Position numbers and translations under genes: made by a program
Notes under the pieces: generated by a model
The model's input: only the letters and a program-made list of their open reading frames with translations
Told to the model about the DNA's origin: nothing
The model's database searches: none
Shown here: one piece after another, positions 1 to 8,861 of the stretch
Layout of the letters: the number at the start of each line of letters is the position of its first letter
Position numbering within the stretch: position 1 is the first letter of the stretch
Assembly: GCA_023244895.1 (NCBI GenBank)
Contig: JAHFLL010000001.1
Location: 178,476 to 242,475 of the forward strand
Source: Candidatus Liptonbacteria bacterium
GTDB taxonomy: Bacteria > Patescibacteriota > Minisyncoccia > UBA6257 > 2-01-FULL-56-20
Reading direction: 5' to 3'
DNA length: 64,000 nt

Positions 1-1773
1 GGGAACGTGGGTATTTCCACCACCACCCCCTCCGGCAAGCTACATGTTGCCGGTGGCGGTGCGTATATGAGCAACCTGGATGGTTCATATCGTGTCCCGG
101 TCGCGAATACCGAGCTAGTGCCGAAGCAGTATGTAGACAGTGTTTTCCAGCCCATAGCCACGGATGCGCTCTGGACATTAACAGGGTCTGTTATTTATGC
201 ATCTTCCACATCCCGCCAGGTGGCAATAGGCAGTGCGAGCGCAAGTGCTTGGGCCAAGCTTGACGTCAGAGGCGGACAGATAGTTGCAGAACAGTCTGGC
301 GGGACTGGTTATGATAGTTTTGATGGTACGGGCGGCTCGGATGGTTCCAGGGGTTTGCGCGCATCCTGGACCTCTGGTTATGGCGCGAGTCTAGAGGCAT
401 GGGATGGAGGTGCTCCTAAATGGGGTATTTTCCGCTGGAACGCCACCACCTCTTATCCTGTTATGCAGGGACTTTACACTAGCAACAATGTTTACTTTAG
501 CGGGAATATGGGCATAGCTACAACCTCTGCCTCCAATACTCTAGATGTTCAGGGCACGGGCGGATTCACTGGTCAGCTCTACATCCCAGTCACTCCTTTA
601 TCTAGTTCCTCTGCGGCTAGTAAGCAGTATGTAGATACTACTTTTGCCCCTATCGGCACGGTTGGCTTACCGGCTGGCACTACTGGTCAAACTTTGCGCC
701 ACAATGGTTCTACTTGGGTAGCCAATAGCGTGATTTATAACAACGGTTCAACCATAGGGATAGGGACAACAAGTGGTTCTTCTATGTTGACGGTAGCGGG
801 TAGCTTGTCCGCAGTGGCGACCACTACTAGTGTATCTATCTATATGAGCGGAGCAGTAGGCGGTGTGGCGACCATCAGTCAGAATATGAATGGTAGCCCC
901 AACATAATGGGCATCACTACTTCTAATAATGGAGAGTTAATATTGAATGGTTCTGGCTCAACCGGCGTGGTCGCGATAGGCACCATGGCTACCACCTCCG
1001 CAAAACTTACTATTGGCGGCTCCCCAACTATTGCGATTGATGCGGGTGGAGGCAGAATACAAAACTTAGCGACTACTCCAGTTAACGGGAACGACGCCGC
1101 GACCAGGACCTATGTAGATGGCGTGGCTAGCAAGTGGAACTTGTCCAGCACGAACATATATAACAATAATGCGGGAAATATTGGCATAGGTAGCTCAACA
1201 GCGCCGTCGTATAAGTTGCATGTGTTCGGTAGTTTGGGTGCGTCTGGCTCCATAGTCGCCAACGGGGGAATAACTTTAGGCGCAGGTACGAATATCACCG
1301 GTGTCAATAAGATAACCGTGACTACCATTGACCCGGTCTATCGCATTGGAGGAGTAAACTACGCGACCTACGCCGGTTCTTTCGCGGGTGGAGTAAAGGA
1401 AGAGTACTCCGGCAAGGCTAAGCTCAAAGCTCAAATGTCAAAGAACAAAAAAATTGACATTGGAAATTCGGATTTGGACATTACCGGAACCGGTTATGAA
1501 TACGTCATTGACTTCAGTTCGGTTCCGGTCGGCTCCGACTTGTGGGTCTGGTACAAAGCAATTGACTTCTCTAGAGATAATATAGAAGCGGTAGCCACTC
1601 CCTACGGCCAGTCCGCAAGCATCTACTACGTGATAGAGGGCAAGAAGATAATATTCCGGGGAGACAAAGGTGCAGAATTCAGTTTCCGCTTAACCGGTAA
1701 GCGTCATGATTGGCGAGAGTGGCCCACCATGTCTAAGGACCAGGAAGAAAAGCCGAGCTTCATATTGGACTAA
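1..1773 (+). CDS. Gly-rich phage-tail-fibre-like surface protein, 5'-truncated by the window edge (frame is open to base 1)
   Basis: Repeated NIGIG(T/S)xxP...KL(D/H)V motifs and AxxK/RxYVD motifs typical of tail-fibre beta-helix repeats. C-terminal 120 aa (MSKNKKIDIGNSDLDITGT...VPVGSDLW) is paralogous to the C-terminus of the 8862-10169 protein. Confidence 0.7.
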   Translation, partial: GNVGISTTTPSGKLHVAGGGAYMSNLDGSYRVPVANTELVPKQYVDSVFQPIATDALWTLTGSVIYASSTSRQVAIGSASASAWAKLDVRGGQIVAEQSGGTGYDSFDGTGGSDGSRGLRASWTSGYGASLEAWDGGAPKWGIFRWNATTSYPVMQGLYTSNNVYFSGNMGIATTSASNTLDVQGTGGFTGQLYIPVTPLSSSSAASKQYVDTTFAPIGTVGLPAGTTGQTLRHNGSTWVANSVIYNNGSTIGIGTTSGSSMLTVAGSLSAVATTTSVSIYMSGAVGGVATISQNMNGSPNIMGITTSNNGELILNGSGSTGVVAIGTMATTSAKLTIGGSPTIAIDAGGGRIQNLATTPVNGNDAATRTYVDGVASKWNLSSTNIYNNNAGNIGIGSSTAPSYKLHVFGSLGASGSIVANGGITLGAGTNITGVNKITVTTIDPVYRIGGVNYATYAGSFAGGVKEEYSGKAKLKAQMSKNKKIDIGNSDLDITGTGYEYVIDFSSVPVGSDLWVWYKAIDFSRDNIEAVATPYGQSASIYYVIEGKKIIFRGDKGAEFSFRLTGKRHDWREWPTMSKDQEEKPSFILD

Positions 1774-2223
1774 GCGACCCGAATGACCCCAATTGCATCC
1801 GAATGACACTAATGGCGGAGAAGAGAATCGTAGAAAAGGAGTTGTCGTACGTGCTGACGGGTTTGATGTTTAGGGTACATAAAGAACTGGGCAGATATGC
1901 GAGAGAAAGGCAGTATGGGGATGCGCTGGAGAGAGAGTTTAGAACAGCTAAAATGAATTACGAGAGGGAAAAGGCAATTGAAGTCGCGGAGCGCAAGTCT
2001 AATCTTATAGATTTTGTCATAGAAGAAAGGGTCGCAATAGAATTAAAAGCTAAACCGTTTATAACCAAGGAAGATTATTATCAGATTCAGCGTTACCTGC
2101 AGTCAGCTAATCTGGAATTGGGTATGCTGGTCAACTTCTCTCAGGAATATTTAAAGCCTAAAAGAGTGTTGAATGCTAATCTCTATTCGGGTAATTCGGA
2201 TGAATTCGTGGATTAGGGTCGCT
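1773..2223. mobile_element. Small cassette bounded by 8-bp perfect terminal inverted repeats (AGCGACCC / GGGTCGCT) with subterminal CCGAATG/CATTCGG repeats, carrying a GxxExxY ORF
   Basis: TIRs at 1773-1780 and 2216-2223. Direct repeats of ccgaatgac at 1778-1806. Inverted attcggat copies at 2193-2208. ORF-less related copies at 3888-4019, 37660-37751 and 18425-18450. Confidence 0.55.
1803..2216 (+). CDS. GxxExxY family protein (PD-(D/E)XK nuclease superfamily 3-like)
   Basis: 137 aa. N-terminal LSYVLTGLMFRVHKELG...YGDALEREF and C-terminal IELKAK...QIQRYLQSANLELGMLVNF match the GxxExxY/PDDEXK_3 architecture. Both ORF ends lie within the element repeats. Confidence 0.6.
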   Translation: MTLMAEKRIVEKELSYVLTGLMFRVHKELGRYARERQYGDALEREFRTAKMNYEREKAIEVAERKSNLIDFVIEERVAIELKAKPFITKEDYYQIQRYLQSANLELGMLVNFSQEYLKPKRVLNANLYSGNSDEFVD

Positions 2224-2239
2224 ATAAATCTATGTAATT

Positions 2240-2248
2240 TGCTATAAT
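2240..2248 (+). promoter_or_regulatory. Extended -10 promoter element TGCTATAAT upstream of cupredoxin gene 1
   Basis: The tttgctataat motif recurs at 3086-3098 and 3146-3158 (gtaatttgctatac) upstream of the second cupredoxin gene. A-rich AAAGTCAAAAA repeats follow. Confidence 0.4.
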
Positions 2249-2313
2249 ATACAGGTAATATCAAAGAGTCGAAACAAAAAAATAAAAGTCAAAAACAAAA
2301 GTCAAAAACTAAT

Positions 2314-2892
2314 ATGGAAAATAAAAATAAAATAATAATCGCGGTTGTGGTCGTAGTAGTAGTGGCTATCGTTGGCTACTGGATTGCTACCAAGTCGGGT
2401 ACGAATACTGCCCAGAACGGTCCAGCGGGGGATGCTCCCGCCGCAGTAGAGACTCCGCAGGGCACCGCCGCCGCCCCAGGCGCGAGCGCGGTAACTGACG
2501 AGGGTAAGGTTGTGACTCAAAGCGGTCAGGTTGCGGACAACACCGCCATTCCTGGCTCTATGGCAGCTCCCCAGCAGTCCGCTCCAATAACTCAGTCTGA
2601 GGCCCCGGCTTCATCCGTAAAGCTCAGCGTGGGTAATTCGGTTTTCTCTCCCACGGACTTCTCGGTAAAGACTGGTTCGGCTACCACCCTGGTGTTAACC
2701 TCGGTGGATTCCATGACTCACGTCTTTAAGTTCCGCGATGCTTCCCTGCAGGCGGTAGCGGTAGGTATTGGCCCGGGCGAAACCCGCCTCATTACCTTCA
2801 ACGCTCCGACCAAGTCAGGAGAGTATGAGTTTTTCTGCGATGTTCCAGGCCACACTGCTCGCGGTGAGACAGGGAAGATGATAGTCAAGTAA
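2314..2892 (+). CDS. Membrane-anchored type-1 copper cupredoxin (plastocyanin/azurin-like)
   Basis: N-terminal poly-Val TM helix and Ala/Pro-rich linker. C-terminal domain has His (THVF), then FFCDVPGH...GKM providing the Cys/His/Met copper ligands. Confidence 0.75.
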   Translation: MENKNKIIIAVVVVVVVAIVGYWIATKSGTNTAQNGPAGDAPAAVETPQGTAAAPGASAVTDEGKVVTQSGQVADNTAIPGSMAAPQQSAPITQSEAPASSVKLSVGNSVFSPTDFSVKTGSATTLVLTSVDSMTHVFKFRDASLQAVAVGIGPGETRLITFNAPTKSGEYEFFCDVPGHTARGETGKMIVK

Positions 2893-2985
2893 TTTATCCT
2901 GATTGGATAAATTACTTGCAAGCACCAAATCCCAAGTATCAAGCACCAAGCAATGGAGGGACCGCTTGTGATCAAAAACAAAAAA

Positions 2986-3004
2986 CGGGCGCAGCCCGTT
3001 TTTT
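2986..3004 (+). terminator. Rho-independent terminator (cgggc-gca-gcccg stem-loop plus T6)
   Basis: GC stem followed by tttttt, 90 bp after the cupredoxin stop. Confidence 0.6.
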
Positions 3005-3162
3005 GGTATATTGTTTTCTGTTTTGGATTCTAGATTCGTTCGGAATTTGCCTGCCCGCCGGGTTGGCAGGCGGGGTGCTTGTAATTTGCTATACCCATCT
3101 TTAGGTTCCTAATTTGTTTGGAATTTGGTATTTGATGCTTGTAATTTGCTATACTTATAGCC

Positions 3163-3879
3163 ATGGAAGGCATGGGTCGGGCGATTGTGAGCGGTCTCTT
3201 TGTGGTTCTTGTTATGATGTCCATCGTGGTTTTGGGTTTAAGCTTTTTATCGCCCTTAGAAAATAAAAAAACAACACCTAAATATAGCGCCACTAAAGTG
3301 GGCACCTCAACCCCGGTCCAAGAGCCGGAGAAAATTTCTTTCAATCCCTTAAGCATCTTCGGTTTCGGCAACAACAAGCCGGAAGAAACTCCGCCGCCAG
3401 CTGTTGCTCCCGTAGAGACTCCGCTTCAGCAGAACATCCCTCCTTCTCCTCCCTCGCTCTCCCTAACCGCCATAGGGACGTCCCCGGTTGTGGATGGCAA
3501 GGTGGTGCAGTTGAGCTACGAGCCAGTGTCTCTTGCGGTTGATCCAGGCTCAAACCAAGCTCCTTTTTCTTCGCGCCCCATAACGCCGGGGGAGTATCTT
3601 CCCAATAGCCGCATTCTCAAATTCAGCGACCAGGGAGTAGATCCGATTAACTTTAGCGTGCAGACTGGATCCGTAATCAATCTGGTTATTCGTTCTGAGG
3701 GCGAGTCGTCTCACGTCTTTCGCTTTAAAGATAAGGGTCTTAAGGCCGTCGCGGTGGGAGTTGGTCCGGAGGAGTCCAGGGAGATAAGTTTTAACGCGCC
3801 TGGTTCTGGATCATATGAGTTCTTTTGCGACATACCCGGGCACAAGACTAGGGAGATAGGGACGATGATTGTCAATTGA
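3163..3879 (+). CDS. Membrane-anchored type-1 copper cupredoxin, tandem paralog
   Basis: Same C-terminal domain as the first copy (SSHVFRFKDKGLKAVAVGVGP...YEFFCDIPGHKTREIGTM). N-terminal TM and Pro-rich linker. Confidence 0.75.
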   Translation: MEGMGRAIVSGLFVVLVMMSIVVLGLSFLSPLENKKTTPKYSATKVGTSTPVQEPEKISFNPLSIFGFGNNKPEETPPPAVAPVETPLQQNIPPSPPSLSLTAIGTSPVVDGKVVQLSYEPVSLAVDPGSNQAPFSSRPITPGEYLPNSRILKFSDQGVDPINFSVQTGSVINLVIRSEGESSHVFRFKDKGLKAVAVGVGPEESREISFNAPGSGSYEFFCDIPGHKTREIGTMIVN

Positions 3880-3887
3880 TTAATAAT

Positions 3888-4019
3888 AGCGACACGAATG
3901 CTACGAATTGCACACGAATTATCCGAAAATGATTTGGGGCATTCGGATGCCATTCGGATCGTTCGGGTTGCTTCCTTTTATTCGGGTCATTCGGATGTAA
4001 TTAGGGTCGTTCGGGTTGC
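3888..4019. repeat. ORF-less MITE-like derivative(s) of the 1773-2223 element
   Basis: agcgacacgaatg at the left end and cattcggatgtaattagggtcgtt at the right end. Multiple attcggat/cgttcgggttgc copies. Confidence 0.5.
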
Positions 4020-4041
4020 TATATATTAGAATTTATTCCAA

Positions 4042-5793
4042 ATGGATTTTTTTAGAAGATTAAAAACCAACTTGAAGATAAGTCGTCATGGCTGGCGCCA
4101 CCTCTTGCCCCATCCGGTTTTTTTGATAGCTTTCCTCATTCTAGCCGTAGTCGTGATCTGGCAGGTAGGTGTTATAACCGAGTTCATATATACCGGGCTC
4201 CAGGTTAAGCCTGCGAGAACCACGCCCACTGAGCCATTAGGGGGCGGCAAGGGGCAATCCGCAACGGAACAACCTCCCGAAGAGCCGAAAACTTTTTGGC
4301 AAAAGATCGGTATTTTTTCTGCCCCAAAAGAAAGTAGCGTGCCAACCGTTTCGGAGGACAGTCCCGGTCCGAACAGATTGCAGTTTTCATTCACCGAACT
4401 TTTTTCCGGTAAGGGTTGGAAAAACGAGTCCCAGTCTAATGTTTATCAGGACTTTTTAACCACCTCCATTTCCGCTCCGCCTGCGTATAGTTGGCAGAAA
4501 ATATCGGTTGATCCGCCCAGCGACGGTTCCGAAATAGTGGCCGCGAAAAGTAATGGCAAAAGAGCCGTGCTTCTAACTTCCGCGGGCAATATTTATTCTT
4601 TTGACTTTGCCGAGAAACTCTCCGCGCAATTAGGCCTTATTACTCCGCCCGCGGGAACAAATCGGGGATTCTTGGATTTTGACGCGGAAGCTGGTAAATG
4701 GGTGGCTGTTCTTTTGGGCAATAATGCCGAATATTTCGCTATTTTGGAAGAAGGGGGTGGGCAATTTAAAAAGTTGGCTGAATTCACTCGTCCGCTTCCG
4801 GGCGGAACGGGCGTAGCCGATCCGGGTATTGCTTGTCGGAACGGAAACTGCCTTTGGCTTTATGGATCCGAATTTTTGACTTTTTCTGATAACTCTCGCC
4901 CTAACCCCAAAAAGGAAGATGTTCTATCAAATTGGTTTAAAGACAAGAGCGTGAAGTCCGTGTCTGTGGCTAAAGCCTTGGGCGGTTGGCTTGTTTCCAA
5001 GACTCATCCGGGCGAGGAGGTTAAGTATGAAACAGATATATATTTATGGGATGGAGAGCTATCGCTTGCGGGCGAGAAGGTTTTCTCTTCCAACTATCCT
5101 GGTTTAGTCAGGTTCGGATATGATCCAAACACAAAGAAACTTCTTGGCATATATGTGGCTTATATCGGGCAAGCGTTTGAATTCAACCTACCCGACAAAT
5201 TTACCTTAGTAAAACCCAAAAACTATTCCAGATTTTTCAACGCTCGCATCTTGGGCGGGGGAGCAGAGGGGAGTATTGAAAGCTTCCCGGATATATTTGG
5301 GCAAGATGGCGCTTGGTGGATAGGCTCAACGCCCGAATCTCCCTCTCCCCGTTTTGTGAAAATATCACCGAGCGGGGGAGCGATTAGTCTGACGCAAGAA
5401 CTTGCCCTGGGCGCCCGCCAGTTATTTTTACTGCCTGGATTTGAGGCGCGAGTAATGTACGCCATCTTAGTTAAAAACGGCATAGTGGAAACGTATCGCC
5501 TAAACGATCGTGGCTACGAACAGAAAGATAAATATATCTGGGAGTCCTCTCGCATTAATAGCGGCGCGTTACCTATAAAGTTCGGACGCATAACCAATGC
5601 GGTTGGCGGGGGAGATATCAGATATTATTTATCTAATAACGGGGGAATCTCTTGGCTGGAGGCCAAGTCAAACGAGTTTGTAAAATTTTCATCGGACACC
5701 AGCGACTTCCGCTGGAAGGCGGAGCTCTCACCCTCTCCCGACCAATATTCCTCGCCCTGGCTCAACATGATTGGGGTAGAGTACTACCAGTAG
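4042..5793 (+). CDS. Hypothetical membrane-anchored protein (N-terminal TM; BNR-like SxxGGxSW motif near the C-terminus)
   Basis: 583-aa ORF. TM helix at residues 25-45. No confident family assignment. Confidence 0.5.
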   Translation: MDFFRRLKTNLKISRHGWRHLLPHPVFLIAFLILAVVVIWQVGVITEFIYTGLQVKPARTTPTEPLGGGKGQSATEQPPEEPKTFWQKIGIFSAPKESSVPTVSEDSPGPNRLQFSFTELFSGKGWKNESQSNVYQDFLTTSISAPPAYSWQKISVDPPSDGSEIVAAKSNGKRAVLLTSAGNIYSFDFAEKLSAQLGLITPPAGTNRGFLDFDAEAGKWVAVLLGNNAEYFAILEEGGGQFKKLAEFTRPLPGGTGVADPGIACRNGNCLWLYGSEFLTFSDNSRPNPKKEDVLSNWFKDKSVKSVSVAKALGGWLVSKTHPGEEVKYETDIYLWDGELSLAGEKVFSSNYPGLVRFGYDPNTKKLLGIYVAYIGQAFEFNLPDKFTLVKPKNYSRFFNARILGGGAEGSIESFPDIFGQDGAWWIGSTPESPSPRFVKISPSGGAISLTQELALGARQLFLLPGFEARVMYAILVKNGIVETYRLNDRGYEQKDKYIWESSRINSGALPIKFGRITNAVGGGDIRYYLSNNGGISWLEAKSNEFVKFSSDTSDFRWKAELSPSPDQYSSPWLNMIGVEYYQ

Positions 5794-6045
5794 TTGCGTA
5801 ACAACTACTGGAAATCCCAATGTCCAATTCCAAATGAGGAATGTTGGCAAGAGTGGGCCATTTGGCACTGGATATTTGGACTTTGGATTTCGCCTGTTGT
5901 TCGTCATTTGATATTTGAGCTTTGACATTGCCCTAGCTGACTTGTGCACATCTTTCCAGCCATTGATTTGTTATAATTATACAACTGGATTACGTCAAAC
6001 AAACGGGTCGGTTTTGGGTGAGGGCAATATGAATAATTTATTAAG

Positions 6046-8106
6046 ATGACTAAAAAAATAATATTCTCGGTTTTCATCGTCGGGTCGGTTCTCGGTCTTG
6101 CTCTGATCGTTTCCGCCGCCACCCGAGATATTGTTTTTACGCCCCAAGCCGCGGATCCGTATACCTGCAATGCCTCTACGACCGGGGCAATCTATTTTAA
6201 AAATGACAACAAGATTTATTCTTGCAATGGTTCCGCCTGGGCGCAGGTAGGTGGTGCGGCAGGGGGCGGTTCCGTCTCTACCTCTTCTGCTCTCTCCGCT
6301 TATTATTTTCCGTATTGGTCTAACGCAACGGGCGGTCTTATGGGGACGTCTACTATTTTCTACTCGTCCTCCACGGGCAATATCGGTATTGGCGGGGTAG
6401 TCACTCCTCAGAATAAATTGGATGTAACTTTAGGTACCAACAGCTTCGTCACCTTTGGCAACACGGTTAATACTAATGGAAGTTTCAGCGGCATTCATTT
6501 TGGCTACAAAGAAGACGGCAATGCCAACTATCGCAAAGGGGCATTGGTTTTTGAAACTCTTGGAGACAGCTCTGCTAGGGGTAAAGTGCATATTCTAAAC
6601 GATGGGGGTGCGGATGCTTCTTCGGCGACTCTCGCAGATGCTCGTCTCACGGTTGACTACAACGGTAACGTGGGTATCGGCACCGTCTATCCCTCCTCAA
6701 CTTTACACGTGGTTGGTTCGGCTAAATTTTCCGGTACCGTAGGGGTGGCTACTCCAGTTTTGGCCGGTGACGCCGCAACTAGATCTTATGTGGACACGGT
6801 CTTAGGCGGAGGCACGCTTGTAATCGAAAATCCTACCGGTGGCGACCCGCGCACGGTGTGGTATGGAGACGCCGGTACTATTACCGCCGGTATAAGATTT
6901 AGTACTGGCCGAGCTGGCACTATAACTAAGCTACGCGTCTTGGGGGGCCCCGTAACTTATACTATGAAGCTTTGGGACTATAACACCCAGACAGTCTTGG
7001 CCAGTGGTACCGTTACTGGAATAAACAACACTACCTGGGCAGAAGTCGCAGTGAACGTGTCTACCACTGTAAGCGGGCAGTACGTTGTGACTTATACGGA
7101 ATCAGGCTATGGCATGTATTATGGCGACGCCTCTTGTCCTAATAACACCTTAAGGGGAAGCATCACTGTTATTGCTTGTGGATTCGTAGCGGCCGCCGGC
7201 TTCCCGACTACATGGAATTACAGCCTCTCCGCGGCAGATGTTACGTTTTCCTATAGCGCCGTTACTGCCAGTCAGTGGAACACAACCTCCACCTCCATCT
7301 ACTACAACGTCGGCAACGTTGGCATTGGAACGGCGAGTCCGGGCTCAACTCTGGATGTTTTAGGCACTGGCAATTTCTCCGGGACGGTTACGGTTGCTAC
7401 TCCCACCGTATCTAGTCATGCCGCCACTATGGGGTATGTTAATACTGCGGTATCGTCCACGATTCCAACAGGTATGATAGCTTTCTTTGCTTCTGCCTGT
7501 CCGGCCAATTGGACGGAATACACCGCGCTAAGGGGCAGGGTGATAGTAGGTACACCAAGCGGAGGCACCAATGCCGGCACGGTGGGGACGGCGCTTACTA
7601 ATCTTGCGACCAGAACCATAACTGACGTACCGGCTCATACTCACGCAGTGGATCCGCCCGCTACCGCATCCGGCAACCAGAGTGCAGACCATACCCACAC
7701 CTTTACTACCGGTGGTGTGAGTGTTGGTCATACTCATTCTGTAAACCCCCCCAGTACTTCCGTCAGTATCACAGATCCAGGTCATACGCACACAGTTCCG
7801 AACAGCTACGGTTATGGAGGTAGTAGCGCTTCGGTTAATAATGCTGGTGGGCAATATGATTTAATAAAGTTTTATGGTAGCTCTGTTGCTTCTGCAACTA
7901 CGGGCATAACTGCTTCTGTTGATATTGCAGCTGTTACCTCGGGCGCGCAGAGCGTGGACCACACCCACTCTGGTACTACCGCTGGGATGAGCGTTAGCCA
8001 CACCCACACAACGGATATAGGATCATTTACTTCCGGTTCGGCAGGCTCCGCTTCGGTGGATGTGACTATGCCCTACATTCAGCTTACTGCCTGCCAGAAG
8101 AGCTAG
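6046..8106 (+). CDS. Secreted/anchored tail-fibre-like protein with a phage tail-collar domain and a His-Thr-His repeat region
   Basis: Signal/TM at the N-terminus. NIGIGGV...KLDV and ATRSYVDTV fibre motifs. IPTGMIAFFASACPANWTEYTALRGRVIVGT...PAHTHAV matches the tail-collar (Collar) domain consensus. Six HTH-type motifs follow (HTHA, HTHT, GHTHS, GHTHT, DHTHS, SHTHT). Confidence 0.7.
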   Translation: MTKKIIFSVFIVGSVLGLALIVSAATRDIVFTPQAADPYTCNASTTGAIYFKNDNKIYSCNGSAWAQVGGAAGGGSVSTSSALSAYYFPYWSNATGGLMGTSTIFYSSSTGNIGIGGVVTPQNKLDVTLGTNSFVTFGNTVNTNGSFSGIHFGYKEDGNANYRKGALVFETLGDSSARGKVHILNDGGADASSATLADARLTVDYNGNVGIGTVYPSSTLHVVGSAKFSGTVGVATPVLAGDAATRSYVDTVLGGGTLVIENPTGGDPRTVWYGDAGTITAGIRFSTGRAGTITKLRVLGGPVTYTMKLWDYNTQTVLASGTVTGINNTTWAEVAVNVSTTVSGQYVVTYTESGYGMYYGDASCPNNTLRGSITVIACGFVAAAGFPTTWNYSLSAADVTFSYSAVTASQWNTTSTSIYYNVGNVGIGTASPGSTLDVLGTGNFSGTVTVATPTVSSHAATMGYVNTAVSSTIPTGMIAFFASACPANWTEYTALRGRVIVGTPSGGTNAGTVGTALTNLATRTITDVPAHTHAVDPPATASGNQSADHTHTFTTGGVSVGHTHSVNPPSTSVSITDPGHTHTVPNSYGYGGSSASVNNAGGQYDLIKFYGSSVASATTGITASVDIAAVTSGAQSVDHTHSGTTAGMSVSHTHTTDIGSFTSGSAGSASVDVTMPYIQLTACQKS

Positions 8107-8158
8107 TGCGCGTTTTGCTCTGACGGTTTTTATCACAAATCAATATGAGCGCAAATAT

Positions 8159-8854
8159 ATGCGAATAGGTTTTAGTGTAAAAAGATTAGGTACTAAGATT
8201 ACCGCTCGCAAGCGCATCATTAAGATAGGGCTTGCGTTTTTGGTTGTCGCGCTTCTTATTTCCGGCGCGGTATACTCTTATATCTTCGCGCGGAAAATGA
8301 TAAGTGATGTCTATTATCGTTTGGGACAGATATCTCAGGGACTTGGAAATAACCCAGACTCACTGTCTTTGATAGAAAAATCATACGAATATAATAGTTC
8401 TGATCCCAGAGTTGTGTCTGCTATGGTGATTGGTCATATGAACATAGGGGACTACTCTTCGGCGAAGGATTTATTAGAGAATAAACTGAAAAATTTAGAC
8501 GAAGAAGGCTATCTGTATCTAACCGCGCTTCTTAAGCACAGGGAAAGAAACTATCAAGAAGCGGAGATTATCTTAAGAGGTTTAGTAGACAAGTATCCCG
8601 CTAAAGTTTTCTATTACGACGCACTGGGCTCCATGTATCTGGATATAAAAGATTATGAATCCGCGAAATCAATTTTTGAGAGAGGCATTGCCATCAATCC
8701 CAACGTTTCTATTTTACACGATGGCTTAGGTGTGGCGTATAACGCGCTTGGCAAGGCAGACCTTGCGCGGGATGAATACGCGAAAGCTTTGGAACTTGAC
8801 CCTACTAATACCGGTGCCCGCCGCAATCTAGAATTATTAGACGCAAGAAGATAA
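8159..8854 (+). CDS. TPR-repeat protein with N-terminal TM anchor
   Basis: Tetratricopeptide-like repeats (YYDALGSMYLDIKDYESAKSIFERGIAINP...AYNALGKADLARDEYAKALELDP). Confidence 0.65.
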   Translation: MRIGFSVKRLGTKITARKRIIKIGLAFLVVALLISGAVYSYIFARKMISDVYYRLGQISQGLGNNPDSLSLIEKSYEYNSSDPRVVSAMVIGHMNIGDYSSAKDLLENKLKNLDEEGYLYLTALLKHRERNYQEAEIILRGLVDKYPAKVFYYDALGSMYLDIKDYESAKSIFERGIAINPNVSILHDGLGVAYNALGKADLARDEYAKALELDPTNTGARRNLELLDARR

Positions 8855-8861
8855 GTGCTCT

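Noticed and set aside
3075-3160. Possible mini-CRISPR (direct repeat tgcttgtaatttgctatac x2)
   Set aside because: Only two copies, AT-rich, no partial palindrome typical of CRISPR repeats, no cas genes. It contains a -10-like gctatac and sits upstream of a gene, so it is interpreted as duplicated promoter elements.
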